A DNA stretch of 64,000 nt, taken from assembly GCF_052425735.1 (NCBI RefSeq), contig NC_135765.1, positions 992,001-1,056,000 on the forward strand, written 5' to 3'. Shown here in pieces: positions 1 to 24,333 of this stretch. The DNA comes from Oculina patagonica. Lineage: Eukaryota. Positions within the stretch are counted from its first letter, which is position 1. Every line of letters begins with the position of its first letter. Below the pieces are notes generated by a model. It did not search any database. It was given only the letters and a program-made list of their open reading frames with translations, and had not been told where the DNA came from. The translations under genes were made by a program, and so were the position numbers.

Positions 1-583
1 CAACAAATTTAAACTAAAACAGGTTTAAACTATGGTACCACTGACAATAAAGGTTCAATTTAGTGCCAGGGTGCTCATAAAATTCTGGACCCTCAACCTT
101 ATAATTTGATTACAAAGTCGAAATGATTGCCGTTAAAAATCTAAAATTCAAAATCCAACTTACAAATACGTTTTTTGCTGCTGTCAATCATAATTATAAC
201 AACAGCCAACGAAGCATGAAAACAGAATAGAAAAATAGAGTATATTTGACCTCAAATGATGTTACCATGGCAATGAATTTTGACATCACAATGACCTCAA
301 TTTGTTCATTTGTAAAACTTGCACAAGTTTGTACTAAAATATTTCCCTAAACATTATAAGTATAGCTGCGATAGAACACCAAAGATGGGCATATCTAATT
401 CAGTCTGTATTATGAGCCACCTTATTATAAAGTGGACACTTTATCTGGTCCCAAGGGTGTGTGCTTATTAGATGGTCTGACTATATTTTTACAGGAATTT
501 CAGTTTTCTAAACTCTCAATAATTAACTGCAGCTCCCTTTTAGAACTAAGAGTTGGTGCAGCTTATCTGTAAATGTTAAACAA

Positions 584-724
584 TGAAGATGAATTGTTCA
601 ACATGACACGAGCATGGGACAAAGAAAAAATCTGAGTCCCCGACAGGAATCAAACCCATGGCCTCGCAGATACCAGTTAGGCGCTCTAACCAACTGAGCT
701 ACGAGAGACTCGTTGTAAGCTGGG
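584..724 (-). mobile_element. tRNA-derived SINE
   Basis: The minus strand reads GTAGCTCAGTTGGTTAGAGCGCC...GGGTTTGATTCCTGTCGGGGACTCAGATTTTTTCTTTGTCCCATGCTCG: Pol III A and B boxes followed by a non-tRNA body. Confidence 0.75.
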
Positions 725-736
725 AATCAAAATTAC

Positions 737-1803
737 CTCAAAATCTAGTCTGTGAAGGAGAGGAAGGAGTGCCAGAAAGATATCGCTGTTGTATGTCTCT
801 TGAGCTAACTGCGCCACATGTTCTGTCAGTGGAGCTTGATCTAAAATACAGTTTACAGTGATATAATTTTAAAGTCATCACTACTTGAAAATGGCTTAAA
901 AAAAAAAGGCATATAATAATTAATTATTAAATAATTTAACAACTAATGATCAGTAAATGAAGGTTTCTGTAGCATTTGGGTTTTATGGGGTAGGGTTGTC
1001 AGCTCTAAACCCAACCCCCAACCTGGAGGATAAGGGTGTCTAGAGTCGCCATGCACTGGACCCTGCCTGGGAAAGAACGAGAGGATGACAGAGGGAGAAC
1101 TGGAGATTGAGTGGAATCAGCTGGAAAGAACCAAGGAAAAAAACAAAAGTCAGGCAGCAGTGGAAGTCTTTAGTCATGGCCTTATGTGCCCAAGAGCACA
1201 AAGAGCAGGGTTTTCATTAAGAATTGAAATAGCAGGAGAATAGCGTAAAGTAACTGGAGAATGATTTTTAAAAGTGCCTCATCGTAATACAAAAATAGGT
1301 ACAGGCCTTTGAAATTTAGCTGGAGAATTCTACGTAGTAGCCGGAGAATTCTCTGATCTCAGATGCCTAATGAACACCCTGAAAAGGTGAATGATAAGTA
1401 TATTTGTAACTGCATATATTTTTAATAGATAAAAGTAAGAACATCACATGAGATACCTCCAGATCCATACAAAATTGTTTTCATTGCACTAAGCTGCTTA
1501 GCAAGATCTTCCAAAGCCTAGAAATGTAATATAATTATTATGTTTCAAAATATGATAAAGAATACAAGACAATGAGAAAAAAAATCAAATTGGTTTGAAC
1601 ACTTTTAAATCAAAGATAAATTTGAACCACAACTTAAGCTATTTTCTAAATGATTTTAGTTTAACAAAAGCCATGCCAAAAATAAAAATGACCTTGTCTG
1701 ATTTCTTGGTTCCAGCAGGTTCTTTGTCCAAGACTGCTATACAATCCTGAGCATTCTTCACCAATTCAGAAGGACTCTTTTTAGAGGAGCCAAACAGCGG
1801 CAT
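737..1803 (-). CDS. CAB39: Calcium-binding protein 39 / MO25, first three coding exons (gene continues beyond window start)
   Basis: Exons 1803-1693 (MPLFGSSKKSPSELVKNAQDCIAVLDKEPAGTKKSDK), 1517-1457 (ALEDLAKQLSAMKTILYGSG) and 840-737 (DQAPLTEHVAQLAQETYNSDIFLALLPLLHRLDFE). All are GT-AG with consistent phase and match the MO25 N-terminus. A probable non-coding first exon ends at a donor near 3289. Confidence 0.93.
981..1205. mobile_element. RTE-clade LINE fragments (inverted 5'UTR piece plus sense 3' end)
   Basis: 1040-1205 (+) encodes a decayed RTE C-terminus (...RQQWKSLVMALCAQEHKE). 981-1040 resembles an RTE 5'UTR in reverse orientation. Confidence 0.55.
1206..1381. mobile_element. hAT-like MITE
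   Basis: TIRs CAGGGTTTTCATTA / TAATGAACACCCTG; TSD degenerate. Confidence 0.65.
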
Positions 1804-2116
1804 GGTTCCACAAGGACAGTACCCTCAGCCCTGACATTATTTAAAAAAATAAATAAATAAAAAAATAGTTCACTTTTTTTCTTTGACTGATTTTTTTTTT
1901 AAATAGTAATCTTTGTTTTAGCTGACATCATTGCTTACAACTCTATTTTGATATCCGTTTGGAAATTGTTGAATAATTTAAAATTATTTAACAATTTCCA
2001 AATGGATATCAAAACAGTACTGGATAGGTCATGTAGGCAATGTTAAGTAGTTCAAAATCTGCTTCAAATGATTCCTGCAAGTTATAATTATTATTACTAT
2101 TACTATGAGTATACTT

Positions 2117-2510
2117 ATAGTAATTGGACTGAGTGGAGTACAATTCAGGGAGTGATCGGACGAGTAATTCCAAATCGGCTGAATTGTACGACACAAGGTC
2201 CAATTACTAATTAATCGTGTCAATAACAATATTCAAGGTTAGGAAGTCTTTCAGAACCTTTTTTGTGCAAAAAAGTCAAAGGTAAATTCAATTGTTTGTA
2301 CAAACAGTAGGAAAACAGCAAGAAAGAACCCCTTTAAATGCGTGTGATTGACACGCGAATGGCGTAGGTGTCCAATTACAGGTATCCAATTTGAAGTTGC
2401 TCAAATTGGATACCTGTAATTGGACACCCACGTGATCCTGTGCCAATTATGTGACAAAAAGGCGAGCGCAGAACCAATCACAAACGAGAATTTTGTTATA
2501 GATACGATTA
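2117..2510. repeat. Interspersed repeat with a perfect internal hairpin
   Basis: 28-bp arms GGTGTCCAATTACAGGTATCCAATTTGA / TCAAATTGGATACCTGTAATTGGACACC at 2367-2428 with a 6-nt loop; flanked by (TTA)n runs. Confidence 0.6.
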
Positions 2511-3288
2511 TTATTATTATTATTATTTACCCCTCCTTCCATGGCTCTGGAAATTCCAGTTAAGCTTCATACTTAACTTTAAATATTTTGGCTTTTGAGT
2601 CCCCTCCCCCAGCCCCTTGGAATTTCCAATGACCTTCTGTGGGGTGGGTATGGATAATTTTACGTCATTCACATGCTTTGCTGTTTCTACTGTTTTATAA
2701 AATTGATTCAGAATAAATTTTAGCTTAATATTTTATAATTGATTGGTACATGAGATGTTGCTACATCTATAGGGACTTCTTGGACAGAACTTACGGTAAG
2801 TTTCTTTTAAAGTTTGTCATAAACTTTGAAAACACATGTATGTACTGCTTAATATTAGATGTTTCTGACAGTATTATGATAAGAAATAACTTTCACCTAA
2901 CAAGGTTCTTATTTAATGAGTACTTTGGTGTGAGTTATTTCTTACCTAATTATTTAAGCCTGCATTGAGAGCATAAAACCGTTGAGCTGCCGCAAATTAG
3001 CTAAGCAGTCTGTAATCTTGCACGATTCTGTACACGAAGCATTTTAACTTCAGGATGCATTTGGACGTTACTGCTATATAAATTTATTCGTTATCGTTAA
3101 GAGATTTATATTGGTATCAAGAACCACTGTTTTCTGGAAGATATTCACTCCAGGTGTAACATAACCTTAAATTCATGCGGCTTTTGAGGCTCAATTTGCA
3201 AATTTCAAAGCCGCTTTGCTAAGTTTATGTTCACGAAGAATGCGAAGTTTCAGACAGCAAGGGAAATTGAATCAACAGTAACTCTTAC

Positions 3289-3509
3289 CTGAATTGTTAG
3301 CAACCACTCCTGAGTTATTAGAAACTTGAAAATCGAGAAATTGCGAAAAAGAAAAGACTTTCTTCAATATAAACACTCGTGTACGCCTAAACGGAAGGAA
3401 TCGACTTGTAAAATATCGCTCCAGTTTCCACGGTCAAAATGGCGCTTTTTCACCTAATTATGTCATTTTCAGTACCTTGTACATGAAGTGGGCAGTGCAG
3501 ATCAGTAAA
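3289..3509. promoter_or_regulatory. Bidirectional promoter CAB39/EBPL
   Basis: Divergent first exons; locally CpG-richer; YY1-like AAAATGGCG motifs at about 3437 and 3507. Confidence 0.5.
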
Positions 3510-10593
<7,084 letters not shown>

Positions 10594-10723
10594 ATATACT
10601 GCAACTATGCTGCCTCTTGTACTACAACTTAAACCTCTTGTTAGCTTGACAAGTGCATTCTGATTTGTGTTTCCTTACTGGAGACTCCAATCAGAAGGAG
10701 AGACTTGACTAGACAGCCTGAGA

Positions 10724-10886
10724 CAGGGATGTAGCTAAGAACATTAAAAAAAGCCCAGCCGGCTTTTCTGGTCTTCATATTTTCAAAATTATGCCAAGTC
10801 TTGTTTTCTAGTGAAATTTCAGGCGGTCAAAAGCTCTCTTTCAGTCAGTGAAATTAGCCAGCAGCCGGCTCTTAGATATATCCCCG
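10724..10886. mobile_element. hAT-like MITE with a 6-bp TSD, downstream of the EBPL stop
   Basis: Termini CAGGGATGTAGCTAAG / CTTAGATATATCCCCG flanked by the direct repeat CTGAGA. Confidence 0.7.
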
Positions 10887-11421
10887 CTGAGAAAAAGATG
10901 GAATGCCATGATCTACATGTAGGTTAGATAACAACTTGTTTTTAATCATATAAGAAAAAAGGTTTGCTTGTTTGCACAAATAGCAACAACTTCAGATATA
11001 GGATATCATGTACAGTAGGTTGAAACTGAAACAAAGTGCCTCAGTTTTAAGCTTTATTGATTGTGTCATTTATATATGACCATGTTATTACCAGGAAATA
11101 TGTACATCAAGAGAACAACATGTTTATGTTGACCTTATACACTAGAAGTATAGCCAATTTCTAAATGCATATCCAGGGATTGTTTTCCATGCTTTTCCAA
11201 ACCATGTTTTTATTTTTGAGACTCTTGCAAAGAGAATAAATTCAAACTTAGATGTCATATTCACAAACTTGCCATAGCTTGGGCAATATTTCAGAGTACA
11301 AAAAAATGTTTAGTGTGTTCTGGGTCTGCAAAGCAAGTGTTTTTTTTTAGTTCTATGTCTTTGAGCCCTGAATAATTTATAATATTAATTATTATTTTTG
11401 CTTTGGAACCCCTTTAATATT

Positions 11422-11609
11422 AATAGGCCATTTCCGAGTTACCCTTTGCCTCTGTTTCATGACGAGTCTACGTGCGAAACCATTCATATGAAAATGAGTT
11501 TCGCCTACAGGCCAATTTTCATGCAAATCAAACTCATTTTCATTTGAATGGTTTCGCACTTACACTCGTTTTAAAACAGAGGCAAAGGGTAACTTGGAAA
11601 TGGCCTATT
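11422..11609. mobile_element. Palindromic MITE
   Basis: About 35-bp TIRs AATAGGCCATTTCCGAGTTACCCTTTGCCTCTGTTT / AAACAGAGGCAAAGGGTAACTTGGAAATGGCCTATT; related half copy near 38550-38635. Confidence 0.7.
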
Positions 11610-11689
11610 TTTTAGTGCATTTTCATAATTATCTGAAAATTTAGTAGTTTTTAAATATTTAATTTTAGTGAAAAGTTACGTGTATATTT

Positions 11690-14600
11690 TTAGTGAATAT
11701 TTTGAGAGGAACATTTTAATGTGGTTAGTAGACCATCAATGTCATCTATGGTTTTATTAGTTTGTTCTAGAACACTCTTGATCATTGTTTCTCTGTCTGG
11801 AAGACCTGGGATGTTCACAGAATCCAAGTTGTCGCCTCCAAGGTCCTCCTGAAGAAAATTAAGAAAAGAAAAACATTGATAAGTAGACTAGGTACATGGA
11901 AAATAGGTGACAACTAGTGTTAGAAATTTAAATAAATAATGCCTAAAAACGTATTTTCCTATATTCTAAAAATAATAGCTTTTGGGAGTAAACAACAGTA
12001 GCAAACTGAATAAAATCAGTAATCACCTTTGTAGAATTGTTGGTGTCCAGCAGTGTTCTTTGTGTGAAATTTGCAACAGTTTGTTGATTATGAATATCTG
12101 AAGTAAAATTCATTCTTGGAATTAAGGATCACAAAGACTTGAATAAAATAACATTGTAAGAAAAAGAATTGTCACTAGGGGTACTATAAGTAACATTTGT
12201 GACTAGGACCAGTAAAGGATACAGTTAAATCTTTTTGTTTTTTCTACTTCAACATCAACAGCCCTGTTTATAAAAAAGTAGAAATTTATACACATTAGTA
12301 GCTTGAAGAGTTAACACAGGTAACATATTGAACAGGAATTTAGTACAACCAATGTGTAGTTCCACACACTAACCATACCTTCCCCCAAGAAAGGGATTTT
12401 TCCTAAGACCCCCCACCCCCACCCATCTGGAAATTTCAGTTAAGCTTTATACGATGCATTTGATTTTCCTTAAAGGTTTTGGCCTTTGAGATCCCTCCCA
12501 CCCCCAGGAATTTCCAATCCCTTCTGGTATGTGTATTGTGATAAAAGTACAGGAATACAAAGACTAGAAATTTGACATTCACAGAACCTCACAAAGCTAG
12601 GGGCGATTTAGGATGTTGAATATCAGTGGTCTTAAAAGAAATAAAAGACAAAAAATAAAACAACAAAAACTGCTCACCTTCTTTTCTCAGGGTCCCATAT
12701 TGTGTCTTTGTAAAACGTTCTTCTCTGTGAGGGTGTGGCCTTCACCCATTCTGCCCAGTGCAGTGCTGTCTGTATGTACCTGTGTAATTGATATCAGTGT
12801 TGCAAGAGTGATCATTATCTAATTTCTCCTTATGATTTCAATACAATGTCAAGCAGTCAGGTAATGAGAATCAAGTAAATCATCAACTACATGTAGGTGA
12901 TATTGTCTTAATTTAACACCAAATTAATGTCACAAAACAGTCAAGGTGCAACATTTGAAACAAAACGGCATTGGGAATATACTCCCCTTTTTTTTCGTAC
13001 TAAAATGGATGTCATACTTCTTCCAAATCAAATTAATCAAATTAAAAAAACTTTGTCCTGTGACAATCAGGCCCCGTCCACACTGACCCGGGTAAAATTA
13101 ATTTGAAAACGCAGCGTGAAAAGGTTTGAAAATGATACCCACTTTGGAGAGCAGTTTTGAAAAGAACCGTTTTGGGTGACTGAAAAGGCCAGTTCAGTGT
13201 GGATGGTTGGCCTAACGGGAGAAAAAAAAGATGTGTTTTCAAATTTACCCAGATCAGTGTGCACGGGGCCTCATACAGCGTATAGGACTAATATTTTGGG
13301 GGGTAAAAAGGCTAAATTAAAGTATTGTTTGCAAGATTACTTACTGTTCATATGCGCCACACTGTTCAGTATCTACCAGTCTAAAGTGCTGAACATTACC
13401 ATTTGGAAGAACAAGCTGACACCAGCAATTCTCAAGTACATTTTCTTTGTTGTCAGTTGAATTTCTTATATCTAGGATTGTTCTGTCACTAAACACCACA
13501 TTGACATTTCCATTTGAGTAAGCCTTGAAACGTCCTGTGCCGGGTACATCTGCCATGTCCACAACATGTGCTTGATGATGTGACTGAGACTCGGTCAAAG
13601 AAGTCGAAGATTTCAATGCCTGCCAATCAGTTTTATAATGTCAATAATTTATTAGACTGGATCAACAATTAAAAAAATAAAGTAGAACGATCATTAATTA
13701 AAACAGGGTTTTGCTCCATTTTGGTAACAAACATGAAATCAATCATGATTTGGCCTTCTATAGATTTTATGTGCTTGGGGGGGGGGGGGTCACTACCGGT
13801 ATATAGTTTTTGCTGTTATCATCTGTCACATATACTGTACCTCTTTCCAACAACAGCGATCTTCTAATTGCTGTCCAGCATTGTTCAAGAATTCTATGTA
13901 CCTGAAATATGATGAATGCGTAAATTTTTTTTTTTGCACCAATACAGACTTATTTCATTATCAAACTGGTATATTATTGCAGCATTTACTGGCCTCCTTT
14001 TTAGAGTGTGAGGAGGGGGGTTTACAGAGAGGAAGGCTTAAATCAAAATTAAAAAGTAACATAAAGAAAATGCAGTGGGTGAAAAATCTAAATCTAATTA
14101 CCTCAAAATAATGTTATGGTGTTTGAAGTGTCTTGGCTTACCACTGTGCAGAAGGGAGAGGGGACGGGGAACTTACTGAAAAAAATTGGCTTTTTAATAT
14201 TGTAAACACATGTGGCAAGAATAGTGAAACAAAATTGGTGAGCTAGGGCTGTGGCCCCCAAACTACTGCAAATACATGAGACAACATTACAATGCTTGCT
14301 TAAAACTCCACCTTGCTGCCTGCTTTACAAGTCGACCAATGGAATATTCAGTCCTGTGAAGTAATCTGTCTGGAAGTGGCTTGTCAGCTGAGTAAACTCT
14401 CTCTTGAATCTCAACATCCTGCAGACCAAATTAAAATACTATGATTTCATAAATTCTTTATCCTGGGATTGTCAAGCAACTGAAACAAAAATAATGACCG
14501 CCAGCCAGACTAGATGGACATCTGTCATTATTTTTTTCTGTACAGTGTGTCTGATTGGTTAAAGTAGTGTGTTTAGAAAAATGCTTACATACCTCAAGGC

Positions 14601-17268
14601 CATTTTTCTGAACAAACCAGTGATCAAAGTATCTTCCTGTTGGTGTTTGTGACCTCATTACAGAGCCATCTCCAGGATCAATCTCAATGGTAAACAAGCC
14701 AGTTGACTGACGAAAAATCCTTCAAAAGTACAAATATGTAATTAAAGAAAGTTACTTACTGTACATACTAAGGCATTCAGGGGTAAATATCATGTGTTTT
14801 CATAAAAATTTAATGTTCATAATGTACACCACACCATAACAAATGAAAGGAATATTTGTCAGCTCGGCATGCAAAGAAGTGTATGTCCGATAGCCCGAGG
14901 CTAGTGGATTTTGTGGTCAGGCTAGTGGATTTTATCCTTTACTTGCCCCGAACAGGCAAGTAAAAATCAAACTGGTTTGAAATGTTTTAAACCAGAGTTA
15001 AATTTAAACCACAACATAGCTGTTAACTTAACTTTATTAGGAACAATATTAAATTTGTTACAGACCTGTAAAATGCACCATCTTTCCAAATAACTTTCAT
15101 GTTTGGTTGACCGAAAAACTCCCAGTCTGTAGAGCTGGAGTCAATGGGTACCTTAGACAGAACAGTAACCTTATTTTAATTAATACAAATTAAATTAAAA
15201 GAATCAAGTTCAAAATTTGCTTTTATATTTTATTATTGTTGGAAAGGTACAGACTGTAAGCAATTCTGTTCTTTCCTACTCCTCCCCTTTTCAATGCTGT
15301 AGACTGCAAGCTGAGTGGTCCCTGTTTTCTCCTAGTTTGTTGAGGGAGAACTTAGAAAAAGATGAAAGGAAAAAATAGCTGAACACAAAAGCAGGCGTGA
15401 GATGGGCTATTGTGACTGATACTCTTCCATGAATGTAAAAAAATTGAACTGTACAGATTTTGCTCTGACCTGAGCTTTCCATTTGTGAAGATGAACAGCA
15501 GTGCATGTCACTGGTAGAGAGGCTGGTAAAGTTGTCGTGTTTTGAGGATGGCAAGAAGTGAATTTTTGTTCATTATTTACAGCATCAAGTGCAAGCTGGA
15601 GAGGATACTTCCATGCATCAGGATATGAAAATAATGAGTGGATTTGTTCTTGCCAAATGAAATAAGGCTTCTGCTGTTGAACATCTGGCTCTTTATTTCT
15701 TGCTTTCTGTAAATTGATCAGAATACAAATGTTAGAGAGATAGAGAGCTTAACGTTTTGTTTGGAGGAGGACAGGGGGGCAGAAGCCTGGCAGAAAAGGG
15801 GTGGGAAGCGGGAGAAGGGATGATGGGTAGCAGGATTTCCAATGAAGGTGGCAAGACCTTGTAGAAAACAAGTAAAACTTGGCAACATCTCGTTATATTT
15901 CGCAATAGATATGGGATAAAGAGGAGAGAACCACTAGGAAAGGGTTGGGAGGTGGGAGTTAAGGGTGCAGGAAGCGGGAGTAAAAGATACGGGATGCAGG
16001 AGGTTCAGACCCCCCTGTCCCTCTCCACTTTTGTGTATCAACAGAGAGGCCAAGAGAGACAATAGTGTGTGAATGTATTTACTGGTTGTGAGATAATTAT
16101 GACAGGTCTTTACCTGAGGCAAGGAATATTTAACTTCTGCCAGAAACCTTGCAATAAATGCCTGCCTATGTGGCATAAGAGTTAGGCTTGCCAGGCTATC
16201 TACAGATGTGACACAAATTGAACCATCTGACAGCTTTGTTATAAGGTTTGTGGTGTTGTGATCAGGCCAACGGCACTGTGTAACATCTTGGTATCCAACC
16301 TAGGGTTGATCACTAAAAAGATTAACACTGGAAAGTAAAGTGTGGTCTAACAATCATTAGGGTTGAACTCAAAGAAAAAACAAGACCAGTGCCTCCCAAC
16401 TTTATTGAACTGTTGAACTGAGTTAATGCCCCCCTCAAAATAATTATAACTTATAACCCATGTTCCTCCACTACTCTAATCATGTTTACTCATACTGTAC
16501 TGCTGCATGTTTTTTCCCAGTTGTCATGCAATGCGTGATAGGCCAAATCAAAATGGGAGATGTTGATAATCCATTTTTTATCTGCACCCCCCCCCCCCTC
16601 CCCACCACATGCAAGGCATGATTCCGACAACCTAGCCTTTTGCTGTCGGCACCTTTAAAGTTAACATACAAGGGGTTCAAAATTTTGTCTACTTCTTTGA
16701 AAAAAAAAAATATTCTGAGAGGCCTTGTGATGATGATTGCCTTCCATGGGGGGTTGGGGGGGAGGGGGTGCTTCTGATAAAAATATGGCATGTCCCAATG
16801 GCTCCAAAAGAGATCGTCGTTTATACTATGGGGTATAACATGTATTTTCGTAGTAAATAATAAAGATGGTATTTTTTTTTCATTTTTTGGGATTCAGTTT
16901 TCACTGATCTCAATCCCTGATACTTTAATTTTGGGTCGTGTTCAGAGAAGACCCATGAAATCGGAGCAGGTTACCTTGAGCTTCTGTGGATCAGTTAGTT
17001 CCTTGCAGAGGTATGGTCTGGCTGCAAACAAATTACGAATTCTAACAGCCTCGGTAATTTTGCTTCTAAAAGAACTCACGACAAATCTTGTGAGTTGGCG
17101 CATCACTGAATTACTCGGGGATGCTTGGCGATGAAGAAAGGCAGATCCACAAGGAGACAGCTCTAGTGATGTACCATCACTGTACTTGATAAATAAACCA
17201 TCATTTTCGTATAAAACAAGCAAATCAAGGGAGCACAGTTCTGCGGATGTTTTCAAATCTGCCGCCAT
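11690..17268 (-). CDS. C5orf34: C5orf34 homolog (DUF4524/DUF4520 protein), 12 coding exons
   Basis: Exons 17268-16975 (LVLYENDGLFIKYSDGTSLELSPCGSAF..TRFVVSSFR), 16299-16114, 15706-15470, 15169-15066, 14719-14593, 14418-14312, 13901-13841, 13619-13345, 12779-12678, 12263-12223, 12097-12027 and 11848-11690 (TAA). Phases join into one open frame. Confidence 0.85.
13070..13270. mobile_element. PIF/Harbinger-type MITE
   Basis: TIRs GGCCCCGTCCACAC / GTGTGCACGGGGCC with a TCA TSD. Confidence 0.75.
15761..16028. mobile_element. G-rich MITE (related copy at about 23002-23230)
   Basis: TIRs TGGAGGAGGACAGGG / CCCTGTCCCTCTCCA; the same termini occur at 23002-23230. Confidence 0.55.
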
Positions 17269-17473
17269 TTTCGATCCCGTCATAACATTGAAGGCTTGGT
17301 TCCTCATTATGTGACGTCATCGGCATAAGTACCAGTTACGCAAGCGCAGATGCCGTTACAACTTTCGACGTGGCTTCGATCGAAAGTTCGTGATATAAAT
17401 AGTGCAATATTCGGTACAAAAATATCATTTGACGGGTTTATATTGTAGTGTTGTTACTTCCCTTCAAGCAGCC
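17269..17473. promoter_or_regulatory. Bidirectional promoter C5orf34/RAB6
   Basis: 205 bp between divergent ATGs; palindromic CRE TGACGTCA at 17312-17319; YY1-like GCCGCCATTTT over the C5orf34 start. Confidence 0.65.
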
Positions 17474-21742
<4,269 letters not shown>

Positions 21743-23331
21743 GTGAATGCAAACAGCCATTCCCTCTCAATGGAGTCTTGTGTCATCATTTTTATTCTCT
21801 TTCTTTTGCTGAAATCGAACTCATCAAGCTTTGCCGCTTCAATAATTTATTGTTTTGCCAATGTCGGTTGTGCATGATAGTGATAACCCTAGCCACCAAT
21901 ATAATTATTATACAAGTAATTATTTTTTTCAGTGTGAAACTTTGTCATGAATACCGGTATTTTATGTTACTCGGAAACATTTTTGTTACTATCAAGTTTT
22001 GCTTTGTTAACACTAACATGCACAAATGTGAAAAGTAATATTGTAAGAATTGGCCGAGTTTGTTTTCAACCATGAAAAGGCAAGGATGGAAATATGACAG
22101 GATGTGTAATCTTGAAAGTGGACTATCATTTGGAAAGAACAGTTAATTCGTATAAAATAATAATTAAAAGAAACATTGCCCAAAAATCACTGCAGTTATC
22201 ATGGTGTGAATGGAGTGATAGCTCATTCAGGTCAGCTGCCCATTTTAAAATGAAATCAAGACCTGTAGAGATATTTCAAAATTTTCAGAAATGGTTGCGG
22301 CGTGACATTACAATTTTAAACAAGTCCCATCAAAGTGTTTTTTGCCACATTAGAAAATGTACTACCGGTATGAGTGGCAACGTTTTATCAGATTTAAGAA
22401 CATTGACACAAATCCTGTAAATTCATTTAGTTTAGTACATTGAATGTGCAGTTTTCAAGTTTAAAAAACACTTGCTAGCCATTCATGTTTTAGTTTTGTA
22501 TTTCATCAAAATTGTTTAAATACTCCTGGTAAATACAATGTAAGTGAGTTTTGAAATTTCTGTATGATCATTAAAGTCAGCTTGTCACAGGACTTGTGTA
22601 ACAGGGACATGATAGTGAAGGGATTAAAAAAGAAGCCAGAACTATCAAAGTGCACAAATTTGTATCACAAGAACAGATGCATAGCTTATTCAGTTAAATT
22701 GTTTATTTTTAGTCAAAAAAGAAATAAATAATTTTAAAAAATACTGTGCCTGAAGTGTTATTAATATAATTTAACATGCAAACATCAAGAAACTACCCTG
22801 CACATGTACGGAAAGTGTTTTTTAGACTTTATCAAGACAAAGTTTCCTATTAATTATTTGTGAATAGTCAATGAGGCACCCCCAAGTTGACTGTCTCAGA
22901 TGCTCTTTGGATTTGTCACGCAACCTAACTTCCTCCAAGAATGTACATAGGAAATAAAGATTGTTACAAGCCCAAAGAGTATCTGTGAAGCAACAAGTCT
23001 GGTGGAGGGGGACAGGGTGGTCTGACCCCCCCCTCCCTCCCTCCCATGCCTTTTACTCCCACTAACTGTATTTTTTACTCCCACCTCTTTCTGTAACCTT
23101 CCTCTCCTCTTTGTCTCATATCATTGCGAAATATAATGAAATGTGAAATTTTACTTGTTTTCTCTCAGTTCCTGCCACCTTAGGAATACCGCTTCCTGCC
23201 CCTCTTCCCCGACCCCTGTCCCCCTCCACTGTCTAATAAATTTTTGCCCTGTTACGTTCATTCTGCACATGTTCTTTTTAAACATCTCTCATTCATTTAT
23301 TTACCAGTTTAGACTCTTGGTTTTAGGCCAT

Positions 23332-24087
23332 CGTAACTTGATTAAAAATATAACACAAACAGCGGTGATAAACATTATGAAAAATCGCATTTTTATAAAC
23401 TTGACGTTTCGTATGCTAAGCTACATACATTTTCAAAAGTATGACCGTTAAAATTTTGGCAACTATTTATATATTTTATGAAAGGGGTCTGGAACCGAGA
23501 CTGAGACAATTGATCTACAGCAGTAACTTAATATTTACATTAGGTTAATAAAGTAACAACCTCTCACTGCCGACATTGGCATTTAAAGAAGGTTGTAGTT
23601 CATGAATGTATAAGGTCTCTTTAATCTTGCAGTGGAGGTATTTTCCTGACGCAAGGATTATGTCCCATTTGATGTTATGGCCTGTGGTTTTTATGTGATC
23701 AGCAAAGCTGTGGAGGTCGCATTTAGTGAGGGCCTATCAGTTTTTCTTCATGCACGTCGTTTTTTTTCCCAATCCGTCACAGTCCCAGCAGCAGCTTGTA
23801 GATGACAGATCGTTGAGATGGGCGGGGGATTGAGCGGCGTGAAAAATGATTTAGACGAAAGAGTAGAAGTTGGATCACAGGATTTAAGGCGTTAGTGATT
23901 TGAGAAGACCTAAAAGGCTTTAGGAACTGTCGCACAGGGTCTTTCTGTCACATAAAAACCACAGGCCATAACAAAGGGACCTCAGGACCTCCACTGCAAG
24001 ATTAAAGACCTAAATTAGCCACCTTTAAAGCCATGGTGTTTTTCAGTTTTTTCTTTTGTTTTACCCTTATAAATAAAGTTTTTTTTT

Positions 24088-24135
<48 letters not shown>

Positions 24136-24333
24136 CTAATGTAAATATTAAGTTACTCTGTAGATCAATTGTCTCAGTCTCGGTCCAGACCCCTTTCATA
24201 ACAATATATAAATAGTTGCAATTTTACGGTCATTTTGATGAGTAGCTTAGCATATGAAACGTCAAGTTTATAAAAATGCGATTTTTCATAATGTTTATCA
24301 CCGCTGTTTGTGTTATATTTTTAATCAATTTAC
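23332..24333. repeat. Large nested inverted repeat (foldback element)
   Basis: About 210-bp arms at 23332-23551 and 24129-24333; an inner inverted pair at 23614-23698 / 23948-24010; a LINE-like AATAAA-poly(T)-(TTA)n tail at 24011-24130. Confidence 0.8.

Noticed and set aside
620-712. tRNA gene
   Set aside because: A and B boxes are present but the cloverleaf is imperfect and runs into a SINE body.
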